A stretch of 64,000 nucleotides of DNA from an uncultured Actinomycetota bacterium (GTDB lineage Bacteria > Actinomycetota > Actinomycetes > JAHEKZ01), in the NCBI GenBank assembly GCA_963829525.1, contig CAWHIJ010000003.1:448001-512000 (forward strand), in the 5' to 3' direction. The translations under genes were made by a program, and so were the position numbers. Of this stretch, positions 10,001 through 24,235 are shown one piece after another (within the stretch, counting starts at the first letter, position 1; the number at the start of each line of letters is the position of its first letter). A model generated the notes under the pieces. That model made no database searches. It saw only the letters and a program-made list of their open reading frames with translations, and had not been told where the DNA came from.

Positions 10001-10972
10001 GTGTCGACCGACCGGGTCTCAGGAAGCGCCCCCGACGAGTTCTCTCCGTCGGTCGCGGCAGTGGTGGTTACGTACAACCGCAAGGACTACCTGGCCGATC
10101 TTCTGCCGTCCCTCCTGGCTCAGACGCGCCCCCTGCAGGCGGTCTATGTCGTCGACAATGCCAGCACCGATGGCACCGGCGAATACCTCGACAAGGAGTA
10201 CGGCACCCACCCTCTGATTCAGCGGATCAACCTCACGGAGAACAGCGGGGGATCGGGAGGATTCAACGCCGGCGTTCTTGCCGCATACCGCGCGGGCCAC
10301 GACTGGTTCTGGCTGATGGACGACGATGTCCTCGCTTTGCCTGATGGTTTGGAGGGGTTGATGCCCTTCACTGACCAGGCGGGCTGCATCCACGGTCGGC
10401 GGATCGACTTTCATGGCGGGCCCTTCTTTTGGCAACCGCGGATCAACGAAAGTCTGGGGATCCCTCTGCCATACCTCCGCGACCCCTTCGCTGACGGCCG
10501 CGACAGCTTCGAGACGAACTCGGGTGTGTTTGAGGGGATGTTGGTCTCCAGGGAGGTAGTGGAAGCCATTGGTCCCCCCGACCCTCGCTTCTTCATCACC
10601 TGGGACGACGCCGTCTACGCACTGCTTGCCTCGAGGGTGACCCGGGTGCTCTACGTCGACCACTTCGCGCTCCGGCGGCAGCGTGAACAGCGACAGGCTT
10701 CACTCGCAGTTCGGCACCTGAACGACGGATCGGACCTGTTCCGGTTCCACGTCATGCGCAACCGTGGGTACATGGCTCACTACCTGCGGCACCTTGGGAC
10801 GTACCACTCGGTTGGCTTCGGCGTCGGCACCGCCTTGACCTTCCTCAAGGAAGAGGTGCGGTTGGTGTACGTGGAGCACACAGTCAAAGGGACCGGGACG
10901 CTGCTCCGTGGCTGGCGCGAGGCTCGTCGGATCGCACGACAGCCGTGGGCTCCTGTCGAGCGGGTGCACTGA
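10001..10972 (+). CDS. GT2 glycosyltransferase, GlfT1-like galactofuranosyltransferase
   Basis: VVVTYNR, VVDNASTDGT, NSGGSGGF, WLMDDD and FFITWDD motifs; adjacent to glf. Confidence 0.82.
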   Translation: MSTDRVSGSAPDEFSPSVAAVVVTYNRKDYLADLLPSLLAQTRPLQAVYVVDNASTDGTGEYLDKEYGTHPLIQRINLTENSGGSGGFNAGVLAAYRAGHDWFWLMDDDVLALPDGLEGLMPFTDQAGCIHGRRIDFHGGPFFWQPRINESLGIPLPYLRDPFADGRDSFETNSGVFEGMLVSREVVEAIGPPDPRFFITWDDAVYALLASRVTRVLYVDHFALRRQREQRQASLAVRHLNDGSDLFRFHVMRNRGYMAHYLRHLGTYHSVGFGVGTALTFLKEEVRLVYVEHTVKGTGTLLRGWREARRIARQPWAPVERVH

Positions 10973-10999
10973 GCTCTTGCTACGTGCCCACTATCCTGA

Positions 11000-14155
<3,156 letters not shown>

Positions 14156-14163
<8 letters not shown>

Positions 14164-15388
14164 GTCAGAGGCCATCGTTCCCGAGGCATCTGGAAGGAAG
14201 CAACGTCGGGTCTTCCTGCACGTGGGTGCACCGAAGACCGGCACCACCTACATCCAAGGAATTCTTTGGTCGAACCGTTCGGCGCTGAAATCGGCTGGGC
14301 TGCACGTCGTTGGGGCCACGCGAGGAGATCACTATCGCGGTGGACATGACCTGCGCGACCTTCCGCACGATTCCAAGGACCCCAGGCCTGACTGGAAGGG
14401 TTCGTGGGATGTTCTGGCCGGACTTGCCGTAGACAGCAGTGCTGACAGTGTCGTCATCTCCGACGAACACTTGGCCGCCTTGCAGCCCGAGCAGGTCGAA
14501 CGGGCTGTGACGGCTCTGCGCGGTCGCGAAGTGCACGTGATCTATGCCACGCGTAACCTAGCGCGGCTGCTGCCGTCGGAGTGGCAGGAGTTCGTCAAGC
14601 ACGGGTCCAAGCTCACTTTCGGTGAGTGGACCGAAAGGGTCTTCAGCAGCCGCGAAAAGGGCCCAGGAAGGTGGTTCTGGAGCGTGCATGATCCGGTTGA
14701 TGTGATCAACCGTTGGTCCAGCCACGTACCGGTCGAGCGGATCCATGTCATCACATTGCCGCTGCCGGATGCCGAGAAGAACGAGCTCTGGCACCGGTTT
14801 TGTGGTGTCGTCGACGTGGACCCCGAGGCGGCCACCGAGTTCGAGGTGGCCGGAAACGACTCACTGGGTGTCGCTGAAGCCGAACTGCTCCGCCGGGTCA
14901 ATGCTGCGCTTCCGGACACCTTTCCCATCTGGCACCACCGATTCCTGGGTCGCGACGTCTTTGCGACCAAGATCCTCAGCCCGCGATCGAAGGGTGGTAA
15001 ACCGCAGTTGCCCGAGGTGGTGCGCCCGCTGGTACAGAAGCGATCCGAGCAGGCGATCGACGGCATCCGGGCCTCCGGAGTCGATCTGGTTGGTGACCTC
15101 ACCGAAGTGACTATCACCGAGGATCTAGCGTCCGGAGAACCGATGCCCAAGGATGGTGAAGTGCTGGACGCCAGCGTCGAGGCAATTGCTGCGCTTCTGG
15201 TCCGTATGGGGCGGATGCGCGATGACCGGCGACGGACCGAGGGCAAGTTGCGCCGGCAGATGCGGGAGTCAGCTCCAATGGTCCGCGCCCGCGTCCGGCT
15301 CGCTGGAGTGGCTGACCGAACGAAGCTGGGGAGCAAGACGCTCGACCGGTACCGCGCGTTCCGCATGAGGTCGAACCCGGACCAGTAG
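14156..15388 (+). CDS. Sulfotransferase-fold (P-loop) protein
   Basis: LHVGAPKTGTTYIQ, ISDEHL, RNLARLLPSEWQE, NDSLG; overlaps the glfT2 stop. Confidence 0.75.
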
Positions 15389-15448
15389 CTGCATCAGCAG
15401 CGCCTGACTCCTGTCGGCGTGCTGCCAAAGAAGGAAGGGACACCAAGC

Positions 15449-16525
15449 GTGGCAACGGTCAATCTGCACATCGGCGCTTTCAAGACCGGTACCTCGTTCA
15501 TCCAAAAGGTGCTGATGGCCGGACGCGACGACCTCGCTGACCTGGGCGTGCTTTGGCCAGGAAGCGACTGGAAGTCGGTGGTGCAAGGTGTTCAGGGACT
15601 ACGCGACGACCGCAAGGTGCCTTATGAGAAATGGTTGCACTTGGTAAGTGAGATAGACCGTTGGCGGGGTGACTCGGTCATCATGTCGATGGAGTTCATG
15701 TCGCTGCTCTCCGATGCGCAGGTCGCGAAGTGCGTCGAGTCGCTCGGTAAGCATGAGCTCCGGATCATCCTCACTGCCCGTGACCTCGGCCGGCAGATTC
15801 CCGCGCAGTGGCAGGAGTCGGTGCAGAATGCTTCGAGTTGGACCTACCGCGACTACGTGGAAGGACTTACTTCATCAGCGTCGATCTCCAATAGGTACGG
15901 TCGGCACTTCTGGGGTAAACAGGATTTCGCCGCCATTCTCAAACCGTGGAGCAGGCATGTGCAATCTACCGATATCGTGGTCGTCACAGTGCCCCCATCG
16001 GGAGCCCCGAAGGGTCTTCTGTGGGACCGGTTCTGCGAGTCGGTAGGCATCCCGTCACAGCGCTTTGACTCGACCATCCGCGCCAACGAGTCACTGGGCG
16101 CTGCCTCAGCCGAGCTCATGAGATACGTGTCGGCTGCCGCCGAGGGGGTGAAGGTCTCTGACGCCGCACGTCGTAACCTCAAGAAGGTTGTCTCAAAAGA
16201 CATTCTTGCTTCGCGCAGGTCGTCGGAGCCGACGCTGATCCTGCCGCCTGAATACCAGCAGTGGACCACTGACCGCAGTCGCACCCTCATCAAGGACATC
16301 GCCGCACTACGTCCCACCGTGGTTGGTGATCTGGAAGAGCTCATGCCGGTCTATGGGACCGAGCGCGACAACACGACGACGGATCCATCGAGTATCCCGG
16401 CCGAGCAGCTCATGCAGGCAGCCGCCTATGGGATTCTCGCCATGTCACAGCATGAGGCGCGCTTGGCCCGCGAGGGCAAGGGCAAGGGCCGCGGGGGTAA
16501 GGGAAGGTCGCTCAGCAGGGGCTAG
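15449..16525 (+). CDS. Sulfotransferase-fold protein, paralog of the upstream gene
   Basis: LHIGAFKTGTSFIQ, MSMEFM, RDLGRQIPAQWQE, NESLG; AGGAAGG RBS. Confidence 0.75.
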   Translation: MATVNLHIGAFKTGTSFIQKVLMAGRDDLADLGVLWPGSDWKSVVQGVQGLRDDRKVPYEKWLHLVSEIDRWRGDSVIMSMEFMSLLSDAQVAKCVESLGKHELRIILTARDLGRQIPAQWQESVQNASSWTYRDYVEGLTSSASISNRYGRHFWGKQDFAAILKPWSRHVQSTDIVVVTVPPSGAPKGLLWDRFCESVGIPSQRFDSTIRANESLGAASAELMRYVSAAAEGVKVSDAARRNLKKVVSKDILASRRSSEPTLILPPEYQQWTTDRSRTLIKDIAALRPTVVGDLEELMPVYGTERDNTTTDPSSIPAEQLMQAAAYGILAMSQHEARLAREGKGKGRGGKGRSLSRG

Positions 16526-16640
16526 CCCCCGAGGGGCTCCTGCTGGGTGGGTCGCGAAGTTCCATTTGACTTATCTAATGGTGGGTCGGGAGGGAAGTCG
16601 TCCATCATGAGGCGACCACAACTCCGGACAGGACTGGTGA

Positions 16641-18095
16641 ATGACGCCTCCCGACGACCCCCCCGAGGTCTTCCGCCGCTACCCCCTCAGTGAGTCCGAT
16701 CTCGATGCCATCCACACGCAGGCGATGCGCATCCTCGAGAACATCGGTACCGAGGTCGACAGCCCCAGCATGCTGCGCATGCTCGAAGATGCCGGTCAAC
16801 GTATCGAGGGCACCCGCGTCCGATGGGACAGCGGCTTCATCATGGAGCAGCTGGCCAAAGCGCCGGCGCAGTTCACTCTGCAAGGTCGTGACCCACGTCA
16901 TTCGGTGACGATCGGCGGGGGCAGCCTGGTACACACACCAACGGGGGGGTCTCCCTTCGTCTCCGACGCTGAACGCGGGCGTCGCGACGGCGACATCGAG
17001 TCTTACGTCGAACTCGTCAAGATGGCTCACGCTTCAGATGTGCTGCCAGTACTGCAGAGCGGGACAACCGAGGCACAGGACCTGTCCGACCTAAGCCGAC
17101 ACCTGGACATGGACTACGCCATCCTGCGCTGGAGCGGGCGTCCTTACATCCTCTACGGCGCTACCGGCCCGCGTACGAGGGATGGCCTGGCCCTGGCGGC
17201 GATCGCGGCTGGAGGGGAAGAGGCGCTAATGCGTCAGCCTGGTGTCATTGGCATCGTCAACCCCAATAGCCCGCTGGTGTGGGACTCTCTGATGGTCGAG
17301 GAGCTCATGGCCCTGGCCGAGTTCGGGCAGCCCGTCGCCATCACACCGTTCCTGCTGGCTGGCGCGTCGGCACCCGTCACGTTGGCCGGGGGCTTGTCAC
17401 TTCTGGTGGCCGAAACGCTGTCGGGCGTTGCGATGGCTCAGCTGGTACGGCCGGGAACGCCCTGCATCCTGGGTACTTTCCTCAACGGTGTCGATATGAG
17501 GTCCGGTGGGCCGTCTCTGGGGCTTCCGGAGTCGACTTTGGCCACTCTGGCAGGAGCGCAGCTGGCGCGCAGGTACGGCCTGCCTCTTCGCGGAGGCGGC
17601 GGACTGTGCTCGGGCCTGGACATCGATGCGCAGACTGCCACCGAGAGCACGATGTCGCTGTGGGCGACGTACCTGGCTGAATGCGATCTGGTGGTGCACG
17701 CGGCCGGGTGGCTCGAGGGCGGCCTGGTCGCGTCCTTTGAGAAACTCGCTCTCGACGTCGAAGTCTTGGCGATGTTCGAACGCATCCGCCGTGGCATCGA
17801 TGTCGATGACGACCAACTGGCATACGACGTCATCGAAGAACTTGGCCCTGGCGGGCTCTTCCTCGCCCATGAGCACACGCTGGAGCATTTCCGTACCGAG
17901 TCGTTCATGAGCCCACTCTTCCGTTCGCAGGCCTACCCGACCTGGGTCAAGCTCGGTTCGCCATCGGTGTCCAGCGTGGCGACCTCGCAGTGGAGGAAGT
18001 TGTTGGACTCGTACGAGGACCCAGGAATCGACGATGCGATCGACGCCGAGCTGCTTGCATTCATCGAGCGACGGGCCGCCGAGCTTGAGGCCTGA
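16641..18095 (+). CDS. Trimethylamine methyltransferase (MttB) superfamily protein, non-pyrrolysine
   Basis: NPNSPLVWD, LAGASAPVTLAG, DMRSGGPSLG.PE, AQLARRYGLP, HAAGWLEGGL and GPGGLFL motifs; no in-frame TAG. Confidence 0.88.
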   Translation: MTPPDDPPEVFRRYPLSESDLDAIHTQAMRILENIGTEVDSPSMLRMLEDAGQRIEGTRVRWDSGFIMEQLAKAPAQFTLQGRDPRHSVTIGGGSLVHTPTGGSPFVSDAERGRRDGDIESYVELVKMAHASDVLPVLQSGTTEAQDLSDLSRHLDMDYAILRWSGRPYILYGATGPRTRDGLALAAIAAGGEEALMRQPGVIGIVNPNSPLVWDSLMVEELMALAEFGQPVAITPFLLAGASAPVTLAGGLSLLVAETLSGVAMAQLVRPGTPCILGTFLNGVDMRSGGPSLGLPESTLATLAGAQLARRYGLPLRGGGGLCSGLDIDAQTATESTMSLWATYLAECDLVVHAAGWLEGGLVASFEKLALDVEVLAMFERIRRGIDVDDDQLAYDVIEELGPGGLFLAHEHTLEHFRTESFMSPLFRSQAYPTWVKLGSPSVSSVATSQWRKLLDSYEDPGIDDAIDAELLAFIERRAAELEA

Positions 18096-18732
18096 CCTGT
18101 TCGGCGCGCTGCCTTATCCCGAGCAGCATCTTGCGCTCCATCGCGAAGGCGATGGGCTGGATGACAGACCACATCGCGGTTTGACCTGGCGGGTAGGTGA
18201 GTCGCTGTCGGCTGATGAGGCGACAACAGCCTCCCAGCGGTTCTATCGTCCACTGCCATGTAGTGCCGGCTGGCTGTGATCCTTCGAGAGTCGAGCGCCC
18301 GGTGCGGGGATCGGCACTTACGAGGATCAGATGATGCGGTGGATCCACCTCGACAACCGAGAACGTTGGGTACCCCTCTGGGCCCATGCGGACGAGGCCG
18401 CCGCGGCGCAGTTCTTGGAACTCGGGCAGTACCCGGTTGGCGCTGTGCAAATCGCACCCGACCAGGTTCTCCAGCCAGTCGTAGCTGTAGAGCCCGCCCC
18501 GAGCATGGCCGATCTGTACAAGCCACGGCCAGACGTCGTCAGCGGGGGCGTCGATGAAGATGGCACGGGTGCTGACTCGTTGTGGTTCAGGGACTATCCC
18601 GTCGCCCGGGAGAGTGGCACGGACCTCGTCGAGGGTGGCACCCCACGACTCGTACCGTCCGCGGAGTCCGCGTTCGGCAGCCACAGCGCCCAGCACCAGG
18701 AGGCCGATGGTTCTGATTGCACGAAGACCCAT
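18061..18732 (-). CDS. SRPBCC-like hypothetical protein
   Basis: WGAT..E...LPGD, VWPWLVQIG..RGG.YSYDWLENL and MERKMLLGIRQRAE motifs. Confidence 0.8.
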   Translation of the reverse strand: MGLRAIRTIGLLVLGAVAAERGLRGRYESWGATLDEVRATLPGDGIVPEPQRVSTRAIFIDAPADDVWPWLVQIGHARGGLYSYDWLENLVGCDLHSANRVLPEFQELRRGGLVRMGPEGYPTFSVVEVDPPHHLILVSADPRTGRSTLEGSQPAGTTWQWTIEPLGGCCRLISRQRLTYPPGQTAMWSVIQPIAFAMERKMLLGIRQRAEQVRPQARRPVAR

Positions 18733-18792
18733 GACCTCACTCCACCGCGTCGTGGCGACGAGCGCCATGGACGTTGGTCCTTCCAGGAAGAC

Positions 18793-19613
18793 TCAGGAGG
18801 CTCGGTAGACCAGGGCAGTGGCTCCGGAGCCGGACACCTTCTGGGCGGTGAGGACGAGGGACTTGCCGTCGATGGAGTAGGAGACATCGCCCTGAAGGAG
18901 GCCGAGCACATCGGCCTCGATGTCTCCGGCGGGTGTAAGGCAGGCCATCGCGGTCGTGGCGATCGGGCCGATCGCGAGGGTGTCTTGCGTGGCGGTGTAG
19001 GAGCCGCTTCCGGTGTTGCAGCCCGGTGACACCATCAGCTCGCCGTCGTCACCGAACGAGAGAGTCGACTTCACTCCCCGGGAATGCTGCTGGCTGCGTC
19101 CCCGGTGATGATCGAGTCGAGCTGCCAGATCGTCCCGGTGAGCGATGCGTCGGGCACAACAACCTCCTCGTTCGTGAAGATGATGACTGTGTCATTGCTG
19201 GTCAGGGTCAGCCCCGAATCGTTCTGAAGAAGGGTCGGCTTGGACGTCAGAAGATCGGCGAACCAGTTGTCCTGCTTCATGAGGGGCTCGTCGCAGCCCA
19301 TCTCAGTCATGGCCAGGCTTTGGCCGTCGACGACTAAAGTTCCGGTGGGCCAGCGTGCGTCGCCACTCATCGAGTTGCACCCAGCGGAAGCGCCGATCGA
19401 TCCGTCCTCGAAGCTGAGCCGCAGCTGTGACCCTTTGACCAACCGGAACGGCTGATCGTTCACCGCGACCTCGTTGCTGAGGAACGTCTGGCCCACGAGG
19501 TCGAGCTGGTTGGGGTCGGCAGGCGTCTGTGCATCTTCACCACCGCAGGAGGTCAGCGACATCAAGGCGGGCAGAACCATGAACAGGGCGACACCAACGC
19601 TGCTTCGTCTCAT
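18793..19613 (-). CDS. Two-META-domain lipoprotein, frameshift in a G run near 19077
   Basis: Lipobox LTSC; AGCNSM...TEMGC in ORF 19071..19613 and PGCNTG...TAMAC in ORF 18793..19074 join as one protein if one G is restored. Confidence 0.8.
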
Positions 19614-19710
19614 GTCCGGTTGGACTCCATCCTCATCCTTGTGGTTCCTACGCTAACTGGGTGAAGGCGAACACTCCCTCACACTTTGCCCTACGGGTAG
19701 CGTGGTCGGC

Positions 19711-21531
19711 GTGAGTCATCGATTGACCGACTGGCGCGACCGGTTCCGGTATCCCTCAGTTGGATTTCCTTCGTGGTCAGCGACCGACCCCAGTCGCCTC
19801 GTCTTCGTCAGCGACGAAGGCGGCTCAAGCCAGATATGGATGACCGACCTCCGCTCAGGTGAGCGCAGAGCGGTCACCAAGCAGCGTGTCGGGGTTGAGG
19901 AGTTCGTCATGTCACCACGCGGAGATGCAGTTGCGTGGTGGTGCGATGACAGTGGTGACGGCAACGGGGAATGGGTTGCCACCTCGATCGATGGGGATAG
20001 CACGAGCGCACTCCTCACCGAGCTCGGCAACGGGTGGAGTGAGGGTCTGGCGTGGTGCGGTGGCACTGTGGCCATCGCCCTCACCGATGGTGAGTCCTAC
20101 CGTCTATACGTCGGAGGTGCCGGAGGCGAGGGTCGACTGGTGCACGAGTCGACCCGGCCCTTCGGCCTTGGCCGTGAGTGGGAGACGACACCAGGAGGGC
20201 TCTCGATCGATGGTGCTCTGCTGTGCCTGAGGCACAGTGATGCAGGTGACATGCTGCACTTCGGACTGCGGGTCATCGACGTCACGTCAGGGCACGTATA
20301 CGGCGACCTTGTGGACGAAGGACTCAGCGTTCGAGTTGCCTCGTGGTCTCCGGTCGTTGGTGACCAGCGGGTGGCACTGATCCATGAACGCGACGGCATC
20401 GACCGACCGTCGGTGTGGGAGCCGACGACCGACATCCGCCGGGACTATCCCAGTGACCTGCCGGGCGAGATAGACGTCGCCGACTGGTATCCGGACGGTG
20501 ATGCCTTGCTGGTCACGCACTGGCACGATGGACGCTCCCGGCTATACCGGCTCGATCTTGCGTCCGGTGCATACGAGTTGGTGCACGATCCCGAGGGGTA
20601 CATCTCCGCGGCGGCCGTGCGGCCCGATGGTCAGGTCTGGCTGCGCGAGGAGGCAGGGGACCGGACACCAGTGGTGCGCGCCCTCGCTGGTCAGCCTGTG
20701 CTCTCATCGCCCGGCAAGTCGCCGACGGGGGTACCACATCGGAGCATCCGCTTCGAGGGGCCGACAGGCGAGCCGACCCACATGCTGGTGGCGACGCCCA
20801 ACGGGGCAGGACCGTTCCCCACGGTGATGTACGTGCACGGCGGACCCGAGTGGGCTGATGCCGACCTTTTCGACCCATGGACGTCAACGCTTGTCGACCA
20901 CGGCGTCGCCGTCGCCAAGGTGAACTACCGTGGATCGACCGGCTTCGGGGTTGCCTGGCGTGAGTCCATCCATGACGGCAACATCGGGTTTCCCGAGGTC
21001 GCCGACGTCGTGGCTGGAATGGGCTATCTGATCGACCTCGGCATCTCAGATCCCCAGCGCTGCGCAATCGAGGGCTGGTCGTGGGGCGGCTACATCGCGA
21101 TGCTTGCCATAGGGCTGCACCCGACCGCGTTCGTGGCGGCGATCGGAGGCATCCCGGTCTGCGACTCGGTCATGACACACGAAGACTGTTCCCCCTCGCA
21201 GCAGGCATACGACCTCGCGATCATGGGTGGAAGCCCCTCGCAGGTTCCCGAGCGGTACGCGGAACGGTCGCCCTCCACGTACCTCGACGCCGTCCGTTCC
21301 CCGGTGTTGATCATCGCGGGCGAGCACGACAGCGCCTGCCCCATCAGGCAGGTTCGGTACTACGCCGACGAGTTACAGGCGCGAGGGCGCTCGGTGCGGC
21401 TGCATGTCTACGACGCCGGGCACCACGCCAACAGTGTCGATGAGAAGATCACCCATGCGGAGCTCGAGCTGGAGTTCTTGGCGGCGCACGGGGTGATTCC
21501 CGAGCAAGAGGATGCGAGCAGGGCGATCTGA
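19711..21531 (+). CDS. S9 prolyl oligopeptidase-family serine peptidase
   Basis: Beta-propeller N-terminus; VHGGP, NYRGSTGFG, GWSWGG nucleophile, GEHD, AGH. Confidence 0.9.
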   Translation: MSHRLTDWRDRFRYPSVGFPSWSATDPSRLVFVSDEGGSSQIWMTDLRSGERRAVTKQRVGVEEFVMSPRGDAVAWWCDDSGDGNGEWVATSIDGDSTSALLTELGNGWSEGLAWCGGTVAIALTDGESYRLYVGGAGGEGRLVHESTRPFGLGREWETTPGGLSIDGALLCLRHSDAGDMLHFGLRVIDVTSGHVYGDLVDEGLSVRVASWSPVVGDQRVALIHERDGIDRPSVWEPTTDIRRDYPSDLPGEIDVADWYPDGDALLVTHWHDGRSRLYRLDLASGAYELVHDPEGYISAAAVRPDGQVWLREEAGDRTPVVRALAGQPVLSSPGKSPTGVPHRSIRFEGPTGEPTHMLVATPNGAGPFPTVMYVHGGPEWADADLFDPWTSTLVDHGVAVAKVNYRGSTGFGVAWRESIHDGNIGFPEVADVVAGMGYLIDLGISDPQRCAIEGWSWGGYIAMLAIGLHPTAFVAAIGGIPVCDSVMTHEDCSPSQQAYDLAIMGGSPSQVPERYAERSPSTYLDAVRSPVLIIAGEHDSACPIRQVRYYADELQARGRSVRLHVYDAGHHANSVDEKITHAELELEFLAAHGVIPEQEDASRAI

Positions 21532-21547
21532 GTGTCAGACTGCGCCC

Positions 21548-22735
21548 ATGGATCCACGCGAACAGGTGGAGCGCTACAGCGCCCACAACTATCACCCGCT
21601 CTCGGTCGTCATTTCCTATGGTGAGGGTGCCTGGGTCACCGACACCGAGGGGAAGCAGTACCTCGACCTGTTGTCTGCCTACTCAGCGCTGAACTTCGGG
21701 CACCGACACCCGCGGCTCATCGAGGCCGCGAAGGCGCAGTTGGACCGGCTGACATTGACGAGTCGGGCGTTCCACAACGACCAGCTGGGCAACTTCGTCC
21801 AAGGCCTCTGCGAGCTCACCGGCAAAGAGATGGTCCTGCCGATGAACTCCGGCGCCGAGGCGGTCGAGACCGCGATCAAAACTGCCCGCAAGTGGGGGTA
21901 CCTCGTCAAGGGGGTGCCTGCCGACACCGCACGCGTGATCGTGGCCGATGGCAACTTCCACGGTCGGACAACGACGATCGTGTCGTTCTCGACCGACCCC
22001 GACGCTCGCGATGACTTCGGTCCGTTCACGCCCGGGTTCGACGTTGTCACCTACGGAGACCTCGACGCCTTACGCGCGGCCATCACGCCGAGCACCGTGG
22101 CCTTCCTGGTCGAGCCGATCCAGGGCGAGGCAGGAGTGCTGCTTCCGCCAGATGGGTACCTCGCCGCAGCCCGAGAGATCTGCCGCGAGAACAACGTGCT
22201 CTTCATCGCCGACGAGATCCAGAGCGGTATGGGGCGAACGGGCAAGACGTTCGCCGTCGAGTGGGAGAACGTCGTCCCCGACATGTACGTCATGGGCAAG
22301 GCCCTGGGCGGTGGGATCTATCCGGTCTCGGCAGTTGCCGCCGACGCCGACATCCTCGGCGTGTTCAAGCCGGGCGAACACGGATCGACATTCGGCGGCA
22401 ACCCACTCGGCGCCGCAATCGGGACCGAGGTGATCGCGATGCTCAAGACCGGTGAGTTTCAGGAGCGTTCGCGCACCATGGGCGAGCACATGCTTGGACG
22501 CCTGCGTGCTGAGGCGCCCGCAACCGTCGCTGAGATTCGCGGTCGGGGTCTGTGGGCGGGCGTCCAGCTGCACCCGGGACAGGAGTCAGCTCGCTCACGC
22601 TGTGAGCGACTCATGGTTGAAGGGGTCCTCGCCAAAGACACCCATGAGACGACCATTCGGTTGGCGCCGCCGTTGGTGATTGAGCAGAACGACTTAGACC
22701 TTGCCATCGACAAGCTCCTGAAGGTCCTGCACTGA
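21548..22735 (+). CDS. rocD: Ornithine--oxo-acid transaminase
   Basis: AHNYHPL, YSALNFGH, PMNSGAEAVETA, EPIQGEAG, DEIQSG.GR, GKALGGG, HGSTFGGNPL. Confidence 0.93.
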   Translation: MDPREQVERYSAHNYHPLSVVISYGEGAWVTDTEGKQYLDLLSAYSALNFGHRHPRLIEAAKAQLDRLTLTSRAFHNDQLGNFVQGLCELTGKEMVLPMNSGAEAVETAIKTARKWGYLVKGVPADTARVIVADGNFHGRTTTIVSFSTDPDARDDFGPFTPGFDVVTYGDLDALRAAITPSTVAFLVEPIQGEAGVLLPPDGYLAAAREICRENNVLFIADEIQSGMGRTGKTFAVEWENVVPDMYVMGKALGGGIYPVSAVAADADILGVFKPGEHGSTFGGNPLGAAIGTEVIAMLKTGEFQERSRTMGEHMLGRLRAEAPATVAEIRGRGLWAGVQLHPGQESARSRCERLMVEGVLAKDTHETTIRLAPPLVIEQNDLDLAIDKLLKVLH

Positions 22736-22805
22736 CGCAATTGCTGGATCGAATGGCACCGGTTTCGCCCACGTTTTCGCCTCGACACGTCATAGGGTGG
22801 CGCAC

Positions 22806-23936
22806 GTGACCACTGTCGCAGTACCGACAGAGACCCGGCCCGGCGAACGCCGGGTCGCTCTCGTGCCGGAGAGCGTTGGGCGCCTCACGGCGCTCGGCGT
22901 GGATGTGCGCGTTCAGGCGGGTGCTGGGGTCGCCGCGAACGCACTTGACCAGGCCTATCGTGACGCCGGGGCGTCGGTGGTCGATGGCGACGTGCTGGCC
23001 GGTGCCGACGTCGTCCTCACGGTCAACTCCCTCGACACCGATCGAGTGAGCACCCTGGCGCGCGGCACGACCGTCGTCTCCTTCCTTGCGCCCCTGCAGA
23101 CACTTGACAAGGTCAAGGCGGCACAGCAGTCCGGGATCACCTGGCTGTCGATGGAGCTGGTTCCTCGTATCTCCCGGGCGCAGTCGATGGATGCTCTTTC
23201 TTCGCAGGGTCTAGTCGCTGGCTACCGCTGTGCTTTGGTGGCTGCCGAACACTTGCCGAAGTTCTTTCCGATGCTGATGACGGCGGCCGGCACGGTCAAA
23301 CCAGCCAAGGTGGTCGTGCTCGGTGCTGGTGTTGCCGGGCTCCAGGCGATCGCGACGGCCAAGCGGCTCGGCGCAGTGGTGCAGGCGTACGACGTGAGAG
23401 CTGCTGCCGCTGACGAGATCCGCAGCATGGGCGCGAAGTTCATCGAGCTTGACCTCGAGTCCCTCGAGGGTGCTGGCGGTTACGCACGTGAAATGACCGA
23501 GGAGCGGTCCCAGCGCCAGCGCGACTTGCTGACGCCGTACATCTCGGCCGCCGATGCCGTCATCACAACAGCGGCGGTTCCTGGGCGCCAGGCACCACTG
23601 CTTGTGACCCGGGCAATGGTCGAGACGATGGCCCCCGGCTCGGTCGTGGTCGATCTCGCGGCTGAGACCGGCGGCAACGTCGAGGGTTCGGTGGCCGGCG
23701 AGGACGTGCAGATCGGCAACGCCATGGTCTGGGGTGGACTCAACGTCCCCTCGCAAATGCCGGTGGCCTCGTCGCGCCTCTACTCGGCCAACTTGGTAGC
23801 CATCAGCCAGCTCTTCGTCAAGGAGGGCACTGTCACCATGGACTTCGACGACGAGATCCTCGATGGCGCGTGTGTCACCCACGACGGCCAGGTGCGTTTT
23901 GGTCCGGCCCGAGAGGCACTGGAGGGTGGTTCTTGA
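22806..23936 (+). CDS. pntA: NAD(P) transhydrogenase alpha subunit part 1
   Basis: GERRVAL, PRISRAQSMDALSSQ, TAAGTVKPA, GAGVAGLQAIATA, GGYA, DLAAETGGN. Confidence 0.95.
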   Translation: MTTVAVPTETRPGERRVALVPESVGRLTALGVDVRVQAGAGVAANALDQAYRDAGASVVDGDVLAGADVVLTVNSLDTDRVSTLARGTTVVSFLAPLQTLDKVKAAQQSGITWLSMELVPRISRAQSMDALSSQGLVAGYRCALVAAEHLPKFFPMLMTAAGTVKPAKVVVLGAGVAGLQAIATAKRLGAVVQAYDVRAAAADEIRSMGAKFIELDLESLEGAGGYAREMTEERSQRQRDLLTPYISAADAVITTAAVPGRQAPLLVTRAMVETMAPGSVVVDLAAETGGNVEGSVAGEDVQIGNAMVWGGLNVPSQMPVASSRLYSANLVAISQLFVKEGTVTMDFDDEILDGACVTHDGQVRFGPAREALEGGS

Positions 23937-24232
23937 TGGACGGCATCGGGCTGCTCACGGTCTTCGTGCTCAGCATGTTCGTCGGCTTTGAGGTTGTCTC
24001 GAAGGTCTCCACCATCTTGCACACCCCGCTGATGTCGGGGGCGAATGCAATCCACGGGGTGATCCTGGTCGGCGCGATCATCGTTACCGGGCATGCTGAT
24101 ACCGATGCCGAGCTTTGGCTCGGCCTTGCTGCGGTGGTTCTGGCGACAGTCAACATGGTCGGCGGCTTCGTGGTCACCGATCGCATGCTGGAGATGTTCA
24201 CGAGGGAAGAAGTCGCCAGCGAAGGGGTCTGA
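23936..24232 (+). CDS. pntA: NAD(P) transhydrogenase alpha subunit part 2 (membrane)
   Basis: LHTPLMSGANAIHG and NMVGGFVVTDRMLEMF motifs. Confidence 0.93.
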   Translation: MDGIGLLTVFVLSMFVGFEVVSKVSTILHTPLMSGANAIHGVILVGAIIVTGHADTDAELWLGLAAVVLATVNMVGGFVVTDRMLEMFTREEVASEGV

Positions 24233-24235
24233 CGC

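Noticed and set aside
16641-18095. Pyrrolysine recoding in the MttB homolog
   Set aside because: The ORF is uninterrupted, with no in-frame amber codon, and no pyl genes are in the window.
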